From: a virus
Lineage: Duplodnaviria > Caudoviricetes
IMG/VR virus record: IMGVR_UViG_3300032030_004230
Strand: one strand, 5' to 3'
Length of the DNA: 64,000 bases
This document shows positions 38,111 to 47,433 of this stretch, piece after piece; position 1 is the first letter of the stretch; each line of letters begins with the position of its first letter. Below the pieces are notes generated by a model. It was not told the origin of the DNA, searched no databases, and saw nothing but the letters and a program-made list of their open reading frames with translations. The position numbers were made by a program, and so were the translations under genes.

Positions 38111-38189
38111 AATAATTAATAGCTAAGCGACCTATCACTCTCCCACCTTTTTTTTAGCTGCGTCGTCTCCATTAATAGTTGACGAATTC
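38111..38189 (+). repeat. dispersed intergenic element, copy 2
   Basis: AT-rich head, then GTCGTCTCCATTAATAGTTGACGAATTC. Confidence 0.85.
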
Positions 38190-38214
38190 AAGAAAAAATC
38201 TCTCAATAATGTCT

Positions 38215-38344
38215 TTAAATTAATTAATAAAAATTTAAATTAATAATAGCACGCTCCCACCAACCCCACTATTAATGCGAGCGTCCCCATTAATAGTTGA
38301 CGAATTGGTAATATATAGTTAACAATTGTTACCTATGGTTAACA
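38215..38344 (+). repeat. dispersed intergenic element, copy 3
   Basis: ACTATTAATG/CATTAATAGT inverted repeat, core, then GGTAATATATAGTTAACAATTGTTACCTATGGTTAACA. Confidence 0.85.
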
Positions 38345-38379
38345 AAAAAGTCTTTGAATACTCTGATTGCTAATTTTAA

Positions 38380-39006
38380 ATGACAAGCGGGATTGAGTTA
38401 TATAAGAAAATTCAGAATCCCTGCATAGACACTCCTCAAATAATAGACACTAATGATGATAATTTTGATGAGCAAAGCAAGCAGAGAAGAGAGACAGTTC
38501 GAAGAATTTTAAAGCATAGAAAGAGCGTACGAGATAAGTTAAGATTCATTGCTCAAGAATTGCTTAAAAGAGCTGACAATCATGACTCTTCAAAATTACA
38601 ATTTCCAGAAGTTGAGTGGCTGATGGAGATGGATGCTGAGCCGCAGTACCCTTATGGCTCAGAAGAATACAACGAAAAGAAAGAAAGATGGTCTAAGTTT
38701 TTTACTCATCATTATGCAAATAATAGTCATCACCCTGAGCATTATGAAGGCGGCATAAACGGAATGGACTTAGTAGACTTGTGTGAGTTCTGCATAGACA
38801 TAATCAGCTATTATGATGTTCTTCGAGTGTCACAAGGAGAGAGAACTCTTGAATTGCAGAAAGAAAGATTTCACATGTCTTCACAATTACGAGATGTGCT
38901 GTCAAATACTTTAAACAATTACTTCGCTAGTGTAGGTGATCTAGGCTCTCCTTACATTGACAGTGAGAGAGCAAAAAAAGAGGCAGCTTCAAAAGAAACT
39001 GCCTAA
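38380..39006 (+). CDS. DUF5662-like HD-superfamily protein
   Basis: H..V...HDSSKL..PE...HHYANNSHHPEHY..GI.GMDLVDL.E...D. Confidence 0.75.
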   Translation: MTSGIELYKKIQNPCIDTPQIIDTNDDNFDEQSKQRRETVRRILKHRKSVRDKLRFIAQELLKRADNHDSSKLQFPEVEWLMEMDAEPQYPYGSEEYNEKKERWSKFFTHHYANNSHHPEHYEGGINGMDLVDLCEFCIDIISYYDVLRVSQGERTLELQKERFHMSSQLRDVLSNTLNNYFASVGDLGSPYIDSERAKKEAASKETA

Positions 39007-39012
39007 TCAAAA

Positions 39013-39444
39013 CTATTTAATTCTGTCTTTACATTGCTGCAGTAGATTCAGCACTGCGTCTTCTGGACAATTTGTTTCTTTTAAAGCTTTAAGCCCATCA
39101 ACTCTAAAATGTTCTGCAAGCTTACCAACTATAGCATAGTTATCATAAAGCTCACCCTCATCTTCGAGTCTATCTAGCTCAGCTTCAAAGTTATCTTCAA
39201 TTTCCTCTTCAGTTCTGCCAAAACAAGAGAAATTGTCATCTACAAGATTTTCTGCTTCTTCATCAGAAACTTCGAAATTGTCTTTGATATGCTCAATTGT
39301 CTCGTCTCTACTTGATGTCTTAGCAACATCTCTTGCAGCTCTTAAAGCATCTTCTCTTGTATCTGGTCCCATACCGTATTCCTTTCGGTCTTGACGATAT
39401 GCAACCGCTTCACTACTTTTATCCATAGCAATTTCTCCAATCAT
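39013..39444 (-). CDS. hypothetical acidic protein
   Basis: ACTAAAT 4 nt before ATG; alternative start with GGAG at MDKSS. Confidence 0.7.
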   Translation of the reverse strand: MIGEIAMDKSSEAVAYRQDRKEYGMGPDTREDALRAARDVAKTSSRDETIEHIKDNFEVSDEEAENLVDDNFSCFGRTEEEIEDNFEAELDRLEDEGELYDNYAIVGKLAEHFRVDGLKALKETNCPEDAVLNLLQQCKDRIK

Positions 39445-39479
39445 AAATATTTAGTTTCTCTATGATTGGAGAGCATGCG

Positions 39480-40736
39480 CTAGAATGTTTTGTTAAAGAT
39501 CTCTTCAAGACCGTTGGCTGAGTCAAAAACAAATGCCTGAGCTCTTGGTGAGCATTCAAATCCCATTTCTGCAGACCATGCTGAACGACCAGACATAACA
39601 GGAAGTCTACGAACTACAAGCGGTCCAACATCAAGAACTTCTTCATGGTGCAAATGTCCAAGGAAGAAAGTCTTGAATTTGCAGCTAGACCAATCTTCTG
39701 CTTCATTGCTCATAATACGCTGAACTTCTTTGATTTTTGTCTCATGGCCAAAGCCAAGCAAATTCTGTCCGAATTTAAAATAAGTTCTTGGGTACTCATC
39801 AGATGTAAGGTCAATATCTACAAAAGGCACACCAGAGTACTTGTAGTACAATGCTGCCATCAATGCATGAGAAGACTGCTTATCATGATTTCCCTGTACA
39901 GAGAGAACATACACGTTCTTGAATGCTTTTCTAAGGAATTCAATTACTGTCACTGCAAGATGGACACCTGCATCAAAGACTGTGAAATGTCCAGCTTCAT
40001 TGTCTTGGCGAGTTCCTTTAGTAGTAGTGCCAAATACATTGTCTGCATTGAAGAAGTCATTGCCAAGAGTAAGAAGAACAGAATCAGCTCCGCCAGACTT
40101 AACTGCTCTTGAAGTTGCGTCAGTCACATAAGCTTTAAGACGCTCTTCAGCAATCTTCATATCATATCTATTGCCTGAAGTGTTGTAGTCTGAAAGAAGA
40201 CCATAGTGCAAATCAGCAATCGGAAGGACCAGCAAGCGACCATGATTTTCAATTTTCTCAACCTTAAGGTCCTCTGGCTTAAAATTGACAGCTTTGTCAA
40301 TTGTCTTCATAATCTGCTCAGGTGCGTAATCTTTAAGATTTCTCGGTTCAACCCAGATTTTAGAGGCTACAAGAGTGTCTTTTCCGTTTTCCCAAAGTGA
40401 GCTTGTTGATTTTGTCACTTTCCAAAGATTTGTGTCAAAGCCATGTAATTCCAAAAGCTCTTTCTCGTCTGTAGTGTCTTTTGCAAGAAGTGCTTCAGAA
40501 ACTGATTTACCAGTCTCAAAGTCGGTCTCACTTTTAAGCTTTTGTGATTCCTTATACAATGTAGGCTCTTCATGATTCTTCATGTACAAATACTTTTCTT
40601 TGTAAGTTTCTCCAGGCAGTTTTTTGAACAATGCAACTTCAGTTGAGTCTTTGTGTCTGTAAAGATATGATCTCAACTTCTTAGCATCAAATTCGCCTTC
40701 TGCATCGAAGAAATTTGTTAATTTTAGTGATGCCAC
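39480..40736 (-). CDS. calcineurin-like metallophosphoesterase (phage exonuclease-like)
   Basis: IADLHYG, LGNDFFNAD, QGNHD, FGHE, GHLHH; GTG start with AGGAG. Confidence 0.85.
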   Translation of the reverse strand: MASLKLTNFFDAEGEFDAKKLRSYLYRHKDSTEVALFKKLPGETYKEKYLYMKNHEEPTLYKESQKLKSETDFETGKSVSEALLAKDTTDEKELLELHGFDTNLWKVTKSTSSLWENGKDTLVASKIWVEPRNLKDYAPEQIMKTIDKAVNFKPEDLKVEKIENHGRLLVLPIADLHYGLLSDYNTSGNRYDMKIAEERLKAYVTDATSRAVKSGGADSVLLTLGNDFFNADNVFGTTTKGTRQDNEAGHFTVFDAGVHLAVTVIEFLRKAFKNVYVLSVQGNHDKQSSHALMAALYYKYSGVPFVDIDLTSDEYPRTYFKFGQNLLGFGHETKIKEVQRIMSNEAEDWSSCKFKTFFLGHLHHEEVLDVGPLVVRRLPVMSGRSAWSAEMGFECSPRAQAFVFDSANGLEEIFNKTF

Positions 40737-40800
40737 GAAATTCTCCTATTAAGAAATATTAACATTAGTCATACATTGAGAAGTCGAAACTAAATTTACA

Positions 40801-41904
40801 ATGATAGCACATTTAGCAAAGAGCTCTCACATTCTCTATGCAAATCTTAGCAGAAGTATAGACAAGTTTATTAAGAAACATCAGGAATTGCTAGATATCT
40901 CTGGAATAGACATATCATACAATGACAAATACATTGACATACATAATAAAAATTTTCTTAAGAGTGTTCTCGTCTCATATAAAGATGGTGCATTTTCTTT
41001 AGAGCCTATCAGTCCTCTTGAAGACTTACAGATAGCTCATAATTACATAGAGGTTGGCAGACTTCATAGATTTGGAAAATTGCATAATGACAAAATTTGT
41101 GAGCAACTCTATAGAAGTCAAAACTTCATAAGAGACTGGAAGCATATCAGAATAGATAGAGAAACATTTGCTCTTGAGAAAGAAGACTTAGACTTCAGCG
41201 AAGCATACTCCGTTAATGTAGAAGACTCTTTTGATTTGATTCTGCAGTGGATTGAGAAATATAAGAGCCTTACAGAAAAATATGTGTCTAAACAAATGTT
41301 TATTCCTACTTTGACAGGCGGTTTAGACACCAGAGCTCTTACATATTTCTGGAGAGACTTCATTGGAAAGCCAATTACAAAGTACTTCTTAAAAATAAAC
41401 AAAACTGCAGATGCAAGAAAATATGCGGAAGATCCTGCTGCATATCTTTCAAAATATGGAGAGACAATTATGAATACAGCAAAACTTGAATTAGCAAAAG
41501 ATGCGGTGGAGCATAAATTGTCGAGTCAAGTAGCAAAAAGACTTGGCAATTTAGAAGTACAGGCAAAGCTAGAGAATTTTCAAACAAGCTTAAGTGGTCT
41601 CGGAACTGATTCATCTCAATTCATAGAAAGAATGAACAATAAAGAATGGGTTAGACAAGTTGTTGGAACAAGATGTGCAACAGAACGTTTAATCTATCCT
41701 TTCTATGATGATTTATTTTTGAGAATAAAATTTCATAGAGTGCATGAGCAAAGAATCCTATTTGCTCTGATGCTATGTCCCGACTTGCTAGACATTCCAC
41801 TCGTATCTGACAGGAAGTTTGGCCAATATATGTTTAGTGATCTTGACTTAAACGTAATAAGTTATTGTGAGGAGCTTTTGAAAAAATGGAACTGGAAAAA
41901 TTAA
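40801..41904 (+). CDS. asparagine-synthetase-like PP-loop ATP pyrophosphatase (paralog A)
   Basis: IPTLTGGLDTRAL, LSGLG, YPFYD. Confidence 0.6.
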   Translation: MIAHLAKSSHILYANLSRSIDKFIKKHQELLDISGIDISYNDKYIDIHNKNFLKSVLVSYKDGAFSLEPISPLEDLQIAHNYIEVGRLHRFGKLHNDKICEQLYRSQNFIRDWKHIRIDRETFALEKEDLDFSEAYSVNVEDSFDLILQWIEKYKSLTEKYVSKQMFIPTLTGGLDTRALTYFWRDFIGKPITKYFLKINKTADARKYAEDPAAYLSKYGETIMNTAKLELAKDAVEHKLSSQVAKRLGNLEVQAKLENFQTSLSGLGTDSSQFIERMNNKEWVRQVVGTRCATERLIYPFYDDLFLRIKFHRVHEQRILFALMLCPDLLDIPLVSDRKFGQYMFSDLDLNVISYCEELLKKWNWKN

Positions 41905-42107
41905 GACTAATAGAACTTTTTATCAAAACTTGCTCTATCATAGAAGAAAACAAATCTAAAATCTCTACTATTAAAATTGAGAAAGAAGCGAATGGTGAAT
42001 TGTCTCTTTATGTCACTATAAATGATTCTTACAGTAAAGTTATGAAATTGCCAGTAACAAAATCATTTTTAGACAATTTTAGCTTTAACCTAGAAGATCT
42101 TAGCTAA
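41886..42107 (+). CDS. hypothetical 73-aa protein
   Basis: GAGGAG upstream; overlaps paralog A. Confidence 0.6.
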   Translation: MELEKLRLIELFIKTCSIIEENKSKISTIKIEKEANGELSLYVTINDSYSKVMKLPVTKSFLDNFSFNLEDLS

Positions 42108-43044
42108 ATACAATTTTGCTTGTATGATTGCAAAAATTGCATCTATGCGTACAAGTTATTGGAATTCGCATAAGAGCCTTTAATGCTTCATCTGTAATAG
42201 TCTCTGCTGGTAGTCTGATACATGAAACATCGCATGCAGAAGAAATCATTCCGTCAGGTGTTACTCTAAGTTTAGACTCATGTGCAAAACACTTTGCTCC
42301 GATAGTATTGATGCTTTGTATTGCTTCATATCTAGATATTTTTTGTTTGCTTCCATCTTTCAGAGTGACAATGAAGCACTTCTTTCTTTTCAATTCATTC
42401 TCTACTTCATCTGATGAAACTTCTTTAGCAGCTAATGTGTTGTCTTCATATCTCTCAGCTATCAATCCATGGTTAAGTTTTTCTCGCAGGCAATCATGAA
42501 GCCAGCTTCCAACTTGCTTTGAGTTCTCTCTTGTTTTCATTAGAATCACTTTTACAGAGCTTTTGTCTTCTACAATTTCTGAAAGCTTGCAAGCTTTTTC
42601 AAAGAATTCAGACCACTTTGCTTGAGAAGGGTGAAAGCTGCATGAAAGTCTAATATTGTTATAAGAACTCAAAAGTTCAGCATAGTAGTCGTATGATTGT
42701 GAGAAGTTTGTCACAATTCTTATATTGTCAAAGATGCTTGTATCCATCTTGTCAAAAAGCATCTTCTTTAATGGGAAGATTGTCACCTCTCCGCCTATTA
42801 ATGAAAAATCGTAGTTAATAGTTGGATTGATTAGCGATTTTATTCTTTTAGAAAGACCGCAAACAACTTCAGCATAATGTTCTATTAAGCTAATATCTAT
42901 TTTGTCTAGCTTTCTTTTATGTCCTTGAATACAGTAAGGACATCTATAATTGCATGCATAAGAGGGCAGCCACTGCAAGTCAAAAGTGGGCTTTCTTTTA
43001 TCTGAGAAAGCTGTCTCTAGCATCTTTATATCATTAGCACTCAC
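42100..43044 (-). CDS. radical SAM protein with Twitch/SPASM-like C-terminus
   Basis: CNYRCPYC, IGGE, TNFS, SFH, C..VTPDG...C...CxxxCxxC. Confidence 0.88.
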   Translation of the reverse strand: MSANDIKMLETAFSDKRKPTFDLQWLPSYACNYRCPYCIQGHKRKLDKIDISLIEHYAEVVCGLSKRIKSLINPTINYDFSLIGGEVTIFPLKKMLFDKMDTSIFDNIRIVTNFSQSYDYYAELLSSYNNIRLSCSFHPSQAKWSEFFEKACKLSEIVEDKSSVKVILMKTRENSKQVGSWLHDCLREKLNHGLIAERYEDNTLAAKEVSSDEVENELKRKKCFIVTLKDGSKQKISRYEAIQSINTIGAKCFAHESKLRVTPDGMISSACDVSCIRLPAETITDEALKALMRIPITCTHRCNFCNHTSKIVFS

Positions 43045-43894
43045 CTTTCACAATCTCCACTTTTCTTAAACCACATCCACCACATTTGTAAGAGCCACTA
43101 CAAACATGCGTCATCCCTGTCCACTTAAACAAGTCTTTCCCAAGCTCTCCAAGAAATACATTGCAGTTTTTGCAAGTACCAAGCCACATTTCATTATTTG
43201 GATATATCTTAATAGAGGAAAGATGACAAATTGCGTTTGTAGTGTCCACGCTTCTCAAAAAGTATTTGTCTTGCAAATCTTTTACACTGTCAACTTTAAG
43301 ATTTTTAACGCAAAATTTTCTATATTTTTGGATTATCTGATCACTTACAACAAGATTCTTCTTTTCATCAAACTCAAATGACACTCTCACATCGTCTTTC
43401 ATCACAGTCTTCAAAATTTTGAATGTGTTCTCATTATCATTTGTCATTACAAAATTGCATAATATCTCACAACCTTTAGATTTTAGATCGATGTATTTCT
43501 TTAAAAAATCTTCAATAGAGCAGAAGTTCTCGTGGAATGATGCACTTATGACTATTGGGTACTTTGAACGTAGGTACGTATAGAATTCTGCAGTGTTAGA
43601 GAGATTTGTGTTAATTCTGAACTTAGCAATGTTTTTTGCATTTACAACATTAAGCACTTTATCTAAATCAAGCAAAGATGGTTCTCCACCAATTATTTGC
43701 ACTACGTACTTTGTGTCACTGTTGTATTCTATGAAATTGTGCAGACTTTTTGCATTACTTAGAATCTTCTCCATAGAAGGATATGCATCCTGCCTTGGGC
43801 TGTGCTTTACAAAACAATAGCTATAATTGTAGTTGCAGATGTCTGATAGTTCCCATTGAATAGTAAGAGATTTGATAGGCTTTTCTATGATCAT
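43034..43894 (-). CDS. radical SAM paralog with degenerate motif (CxxxYxxC)
   Basis: CNYNYSYC, GGEP, TNLS, ASFHE, C-terminal Cys cluster. Confidence 0.82.
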   Translation of the reverse strand: MIIEKPIKSLTIQWELSDICNYNYSYCFVKHSPRQDAYPSMEKILSNAKSLHNFIEYNSDTKYVVQIIGGEPSLLDLDKVLNVVNAKNIAKFRINTNLSNTAEFYTYLRSKYPIVISASFHENFCSIEDFLKKYIDLKSKGCEILCNFVMTNDNENTFKILKTVMKDDVRVSFEFDEKKNLVVSDQIIQKYRKFCVKNLKVDSVKDLQDKYFLRSVDTTNAICHLSSIKIYPNNEMWLGTCKNCNVFLGELGKDLFKWTGMTHVCSGSYKCGGCGLRKVEIVKGEC

Positions 43895-43920
43895 AAAGTC
43901 TTCCTCAATTCAATCAAATC

Positions 43921-44862
43921 TTAGCTAAATTTCACTCTTTTAGCATTTATTGGGAACGAATTGCAGAATAACTCTGCTTCACATCTATGCTTTGTTGGCT
44001 TTATTACAATTTCATCTGTGTATAAGTTTCCCAAAATATATTTAGACAAATAGTTGCACAAGCCTTCTCGTACAATACCCTCTGGTCTTATTTGCACTGT
44101 ATGACACTCACATTCAAAATCATGCATGTCAATTGAGCCAAACTCTGACTGTAGCTTAGAATAACTGTACTTATAGAAATTTCCATCTTTTGTGATGAAC
44201 TTCACATTGTTGTTTTTCATATTATTGGCTAAGTAGTCTAGAATCTTTCTCTCTTTTTCTTTGTCTTTCAGCTCAACTGGTGTTTTATTTTTATCGTACT
44301 CAATTCTAAATTTTATTGGAACATCTTTTATGTTGTTAATGAGTTCGCAACACATATCTATATTATTATTGTTCACAACAACTCCGATGGTCATAAAGTT
44401 GTCAAAGCCCACTTTTCTTACTTTATTGAAAAACTCATTATAGTCTGGAACTGCTTCTTCGTGGTAACTTGCATATAGCTTTAGAGGAATCGACTTTTGC
44501 CTACAGAAGTCCTTTAGCTGAATATAGTATTCTGCGTCTCTGAAAAAATTAGACGTCACCATAAATGAAGAGATAAACTCACTTGTAAGATTCTTCATTA
44601 GAGGGAGCAAATCATATATGCAAGGCTCTCCTCCGATAAACTTCATGTCCACAGGAATCTTACTACGTAGAATCATCTCATTTATCTTTAATGAAAGCTT
44701 CTCCACTTCTTCTTGCGAAAGAAAAGAACTCTCTCTTGCATTCATAAGTTTATTGCTGCAAAAAGGACAATCATAATTGCAAAATTTTGTGATCTTCCAC
44801 TCAGCAATCATAGAATTGCTATTTTTTCTATCTACAAATTCGACGACATCATTTATATTCAT
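43921..44862 (-). CDS. radical SAM protein with Twitch/SPASM-like C-terminus
   Basis: CNYDCPFC, GGEP, ASYHEE, IRPEG...C...LGNL...C. Confidence 0.88.
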   Translation of the reverse strand: MNINDVVEFVDRKNSNSMIAEWKITKFCNYDCPFCSNKLMNARESSFLSQEEVEKLSLKINEMILRSKIPVDMKFIGGEPCIYDLLPLMKNLTSEFISSFMVTSNFFRDAEYYIQLKDFCRQKSIPLKLYASYHEEAVPDYNEFFNKVRKVGFDNFMTIGVVVNNNNIDMCCELINNIKDVPIKFRIEYDKNKTPVELKDKEKERKILDYLANNMKNNNVKFITKDGNFYKYSYSKLQSEFGSIDMHDFECECHTVQIRPEGIVREGLCNYLSKYILGNLYTDEIVIKPTKHRCEAELFCNSFPINAKRVKFS

Positions 44863-45853
44863 TTTTCACTACCACTCTATTTATCTTTATATTTGTCGGC
44901 AATTGATCGCACCTATTTTCATAAAGCTCCTTAAACTTTTCAAGACGCATAATCTCATGTCTTTCCATGTGATCAATCCATTCTTCAATATTCTTGAAGT
45001 GCACTTTATTAATGTATTTGTTTCTGATTCTAAGAAGTTCTTGTTGCTTTTCTAAAGAGACTTCTGACAGCCACTTTTTGTTTAAGTAGAGCTCTTTCCC
45101 TTGAAGCATTGCTTGATGTCTTCGTTTTTGACATAATTCTAGATTAAGAGAGTCTTCTAGAAAATGCATTGTCATCTCTACTCCTGAGTCTCTAGCAGGC
45201 GCAAAAGCCCAAGAGTATCTATTATTTTCAATCCATGCAATTGCAACAACATTGAAGCCATTCTCTATTTGTCTAATACACTCTCTAATCAAGTTACCGC
45301 ATTTGTTATGTCTACTGTTGTAATAGCTGTAGTCTGATACATTGCTACTATTGAACAGGATTATTACACTATTTCCAAGTTCAGATTTTAGTTTTTCTGC
45401 ATAAGTATGGCAACCTGCGCCTTTACAACCGATGATTAGGTGATATGAGCCTGCTGGCTTGTAGCTGTACCACTTATCAAAGATGGGCTTAATCATGTCT
45501 GGAATAAAGTCTTTAAAGTAGTCTAGTTTCTCAATGTCAAATCTAAAATCATTCAAATGAAAAATGTTTTCTTTATTATTTGACAACACAATAAGTTCTG
45601 TGACATATTTGTAAACAATGTTTTTAAAGCAACAGCAGGTCTCCTCTGCAAATTCTTCAATTTGGGACTCCTCTATAATAACAACAGCTTCTCTTACAGA
45701 GTTGTCGTAGTCTCTCAAGACATTGTAGCATTGTGACATATTTAAGAAGTATACTGCGTTATCTTGCACTGAGTCTATGTCAAAATCCTCTAGAGTTTTA
45801 GCTTCAAAGTCTTTGTATAGATTTGTTTTCTTCTCTGTAAACGAAAATATCAT
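44849..45853 (-). CDS. hypothetical protein with degenerate P-loop kinase (AAA_33/PNK-like) domain
   Basis: LIIGCKGAGCHTYA, GFNVVA, LELCQKR. Confidence 0.5.
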   Translation of the reverse strand: MIFSFTEKKTNLYKDFEAKTLEDFDIDSVQDNAVYFLNMSQCYNVLRDYDNSVREAVVIIEESQIEEFAEETCCCFKNIVYKYVTELIVLSNNKENIFHLNDFRFDIEKLDYFKDFIPDMIKPIFDKWYSYKPAGSYHLIIGCKGAGCHTYAEKLKSELGNSVIILFNSSNVSDYSYYNSRHNKCGNLIRECIRQIENGFNVVAIAWIENNRYSWAFAPARDSGVEMTMHFLEDSLNLELCQKRRHQAMLQGKELYLNKKWLSEVSLEKQQELLRIRNKYINKVHFKNIEEWIDHMERHEIMRLEKFKELYENRCDQLPTNIKINRVVVKNEYK

Positions 45854-46416
45854 TCTTCAGCAACCTTCTTAAAAGTATCAAACATGTCTTCAAATAAGAA
45901 ATTGTCTTTCAAGTATTCTAGGATTTTCTCATCATTTTTGACAATTCCATGACCTCTAAGCTTTATGATAGACTTGAACAAATCTTCATTATCAAAGTCA
46001 TTTTGCCATTTATTTAAGATTAACTGAAATAAGTATCTGTACAGAAAATCTTTATAGTTGAATCTGATATCTGAATGTCCACGCTTCTTAGCAACTCTTA
46101 GAGTCTCTTTCATTAGAGCATAATTCTCAATAAGAGGAAACTTGACAATAGAACTTTTCTTTTCAAGCAATAGACTAAACAGCCCAACTACTTCATTAGA
46201 CTCATTGATGTCTTCTGTAGAACACAAATATGGGAAGTGTCTTATATTCAACAAGAAATCATTTTCTGGCGAGGCTTTTATAAATTGATAGCAATACTTA
46301 AAATAGTTTCTCTTATCAACTTTATTGTCTTCTACATGCAAGGCTGTCTCATTAAAAGACTTATTAAGATTCATTGCATTTACTCTAACAAGTTCAAACA
46401 ATTTAAGATAAATCAT
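45850..46416 (-). CDS. hypothetical protein in the radical SAM operon
   Basis: ATGA-coupled ORF. Confidence 0.7.
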   Translation of the reverse strand: MIYLKLFELVRVNAMNLNKSFNETALHVEDNKVDKRNYFKYCYQFIKASPENDFLLNIRHFPYLCSTEDINESNEVVGLFSLLLEKKSSIVKFPLIENYALMKETLRVAKKRGHSDIRFNYKDFLYRYLFQLILNKWQNDFDNEDLFKSIIKLRGHGIVKNDEKILEYLKDNFLFEDMFDTFKKVAEE

Positions 46417-46422
46417 TCTCTT

Positions 46423-47433
46423 TTACCACCATTTTTCAGCATCTTTGCTTTCAGAAATAGAAAGGTCCTCAACTGTTTCCTCTACTTTAGACACACTTCT
46501 TACAAGTTCCAATCTGCACTTATCACCACTCTCACAGACAATTGGCTTTGTGCTAAGACTAAAATGATAGTCCTCATAAATATTTCCAAGAGGCCTGTTG
46601 AGCCAAGCTCTGCATTGACCGTGAGCTACAAGACCATCAGGATTTATGTTTATCCCGCTTGAAGTGCAGTACATATCTTTCAAGACTTCATCTGCATAAG
46701 TCATTCTAAATCCGTGTATGTCGGTCTTTCGTATAAGACCTGAGTCTTCTTTTATTTCTATATGAAGTCTTCTTTCATCATCTTGATTATTCAATCGTCT
46801 TAATAGACTTAAAGAATCTCTATACTTTTTATTTTTGACTAAAATAGCTTTATGAGTCTTATAGTCAAAGCAATTTAATATTGTAGTGTGCTTGAAGTTT
46901 TTCGATAATTTTATAAGATTGCTTATATTGTCTTCTGTTAAGACAGAATTGACGGATCTTAAGTCTTTTATCTTCTTTGCTTTCTCTATAAAAGAGTCGA
47001 TGTCTACTTGAGAATTATGAAATGAAGCTTTAAGCTTTAATTTAGGACCAAGAAATGCGCATAAGTCATTATAGTATTCTGCAGTGTTTGAGAGATTTGT
47101 CGTTAATGTCACTTTCCCTACTAGCTGATTGTCTATCAAAGGCTTAAGTATTCTTTTGCAATCAAAAAGAGTCATTTCTCCGCCAAGTACAATGAACTCT
47201 ACATTTTTCACATTTATGAAATAAATCATTTTGCTTATTTGATTCGCAGCAAATTCAAGTCTTTCTTGCGTAGGATGACTCTCTGACTTCTGTCTTAATT
47301 CTCTTTGATAGCAGTACTCACATTTGTAATTACAGTCAAGAGTTGCAGTCCACTTAATTTTGTAGGCAAATTTACTGTCCTGATAGATATGCTGTATGCT
47401 CATTCTATTCTCTGAATATGACACATAGGACAT
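46423..47433 (-). CDS. radical SAM protein with Twitch/SPASM-like C-terminus
   Basis: CNYKCEYC, GGE, TNLS, ASFH, CTSSGININPDG...C...LGNI...C. Confidence 0.88.
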   Translation of the reverse strand: MSYVSYSENRMSIQHIYQDSKFAYKIKWTATLDCNYKCEYCYQRELRQKSESHPTQERLEFAANQISKMIYFINVKNVEFIVLGGEMTLFDCKRILKPLIDNQLVGKVTLTTNLSNTAEYYNDLCAFLGPKLKLKASFHNSQVDIDSFIEKAKKIKDLRSVNSVLTEDNISNLIKLSKNFKHTTILNCFDYKTHKAILVKNKKYRDSLSLLRRLNNQDDERRLHIEIKEDSGLIRKTDIHGFRMTYADEVLKDMYCTSSGININPDGLVAHGQCRAWLNRPLGNIYEDYHFSLSTKPIVCESGDKCRLELVRSVSKVEETVEDLSISESKDAEKWW

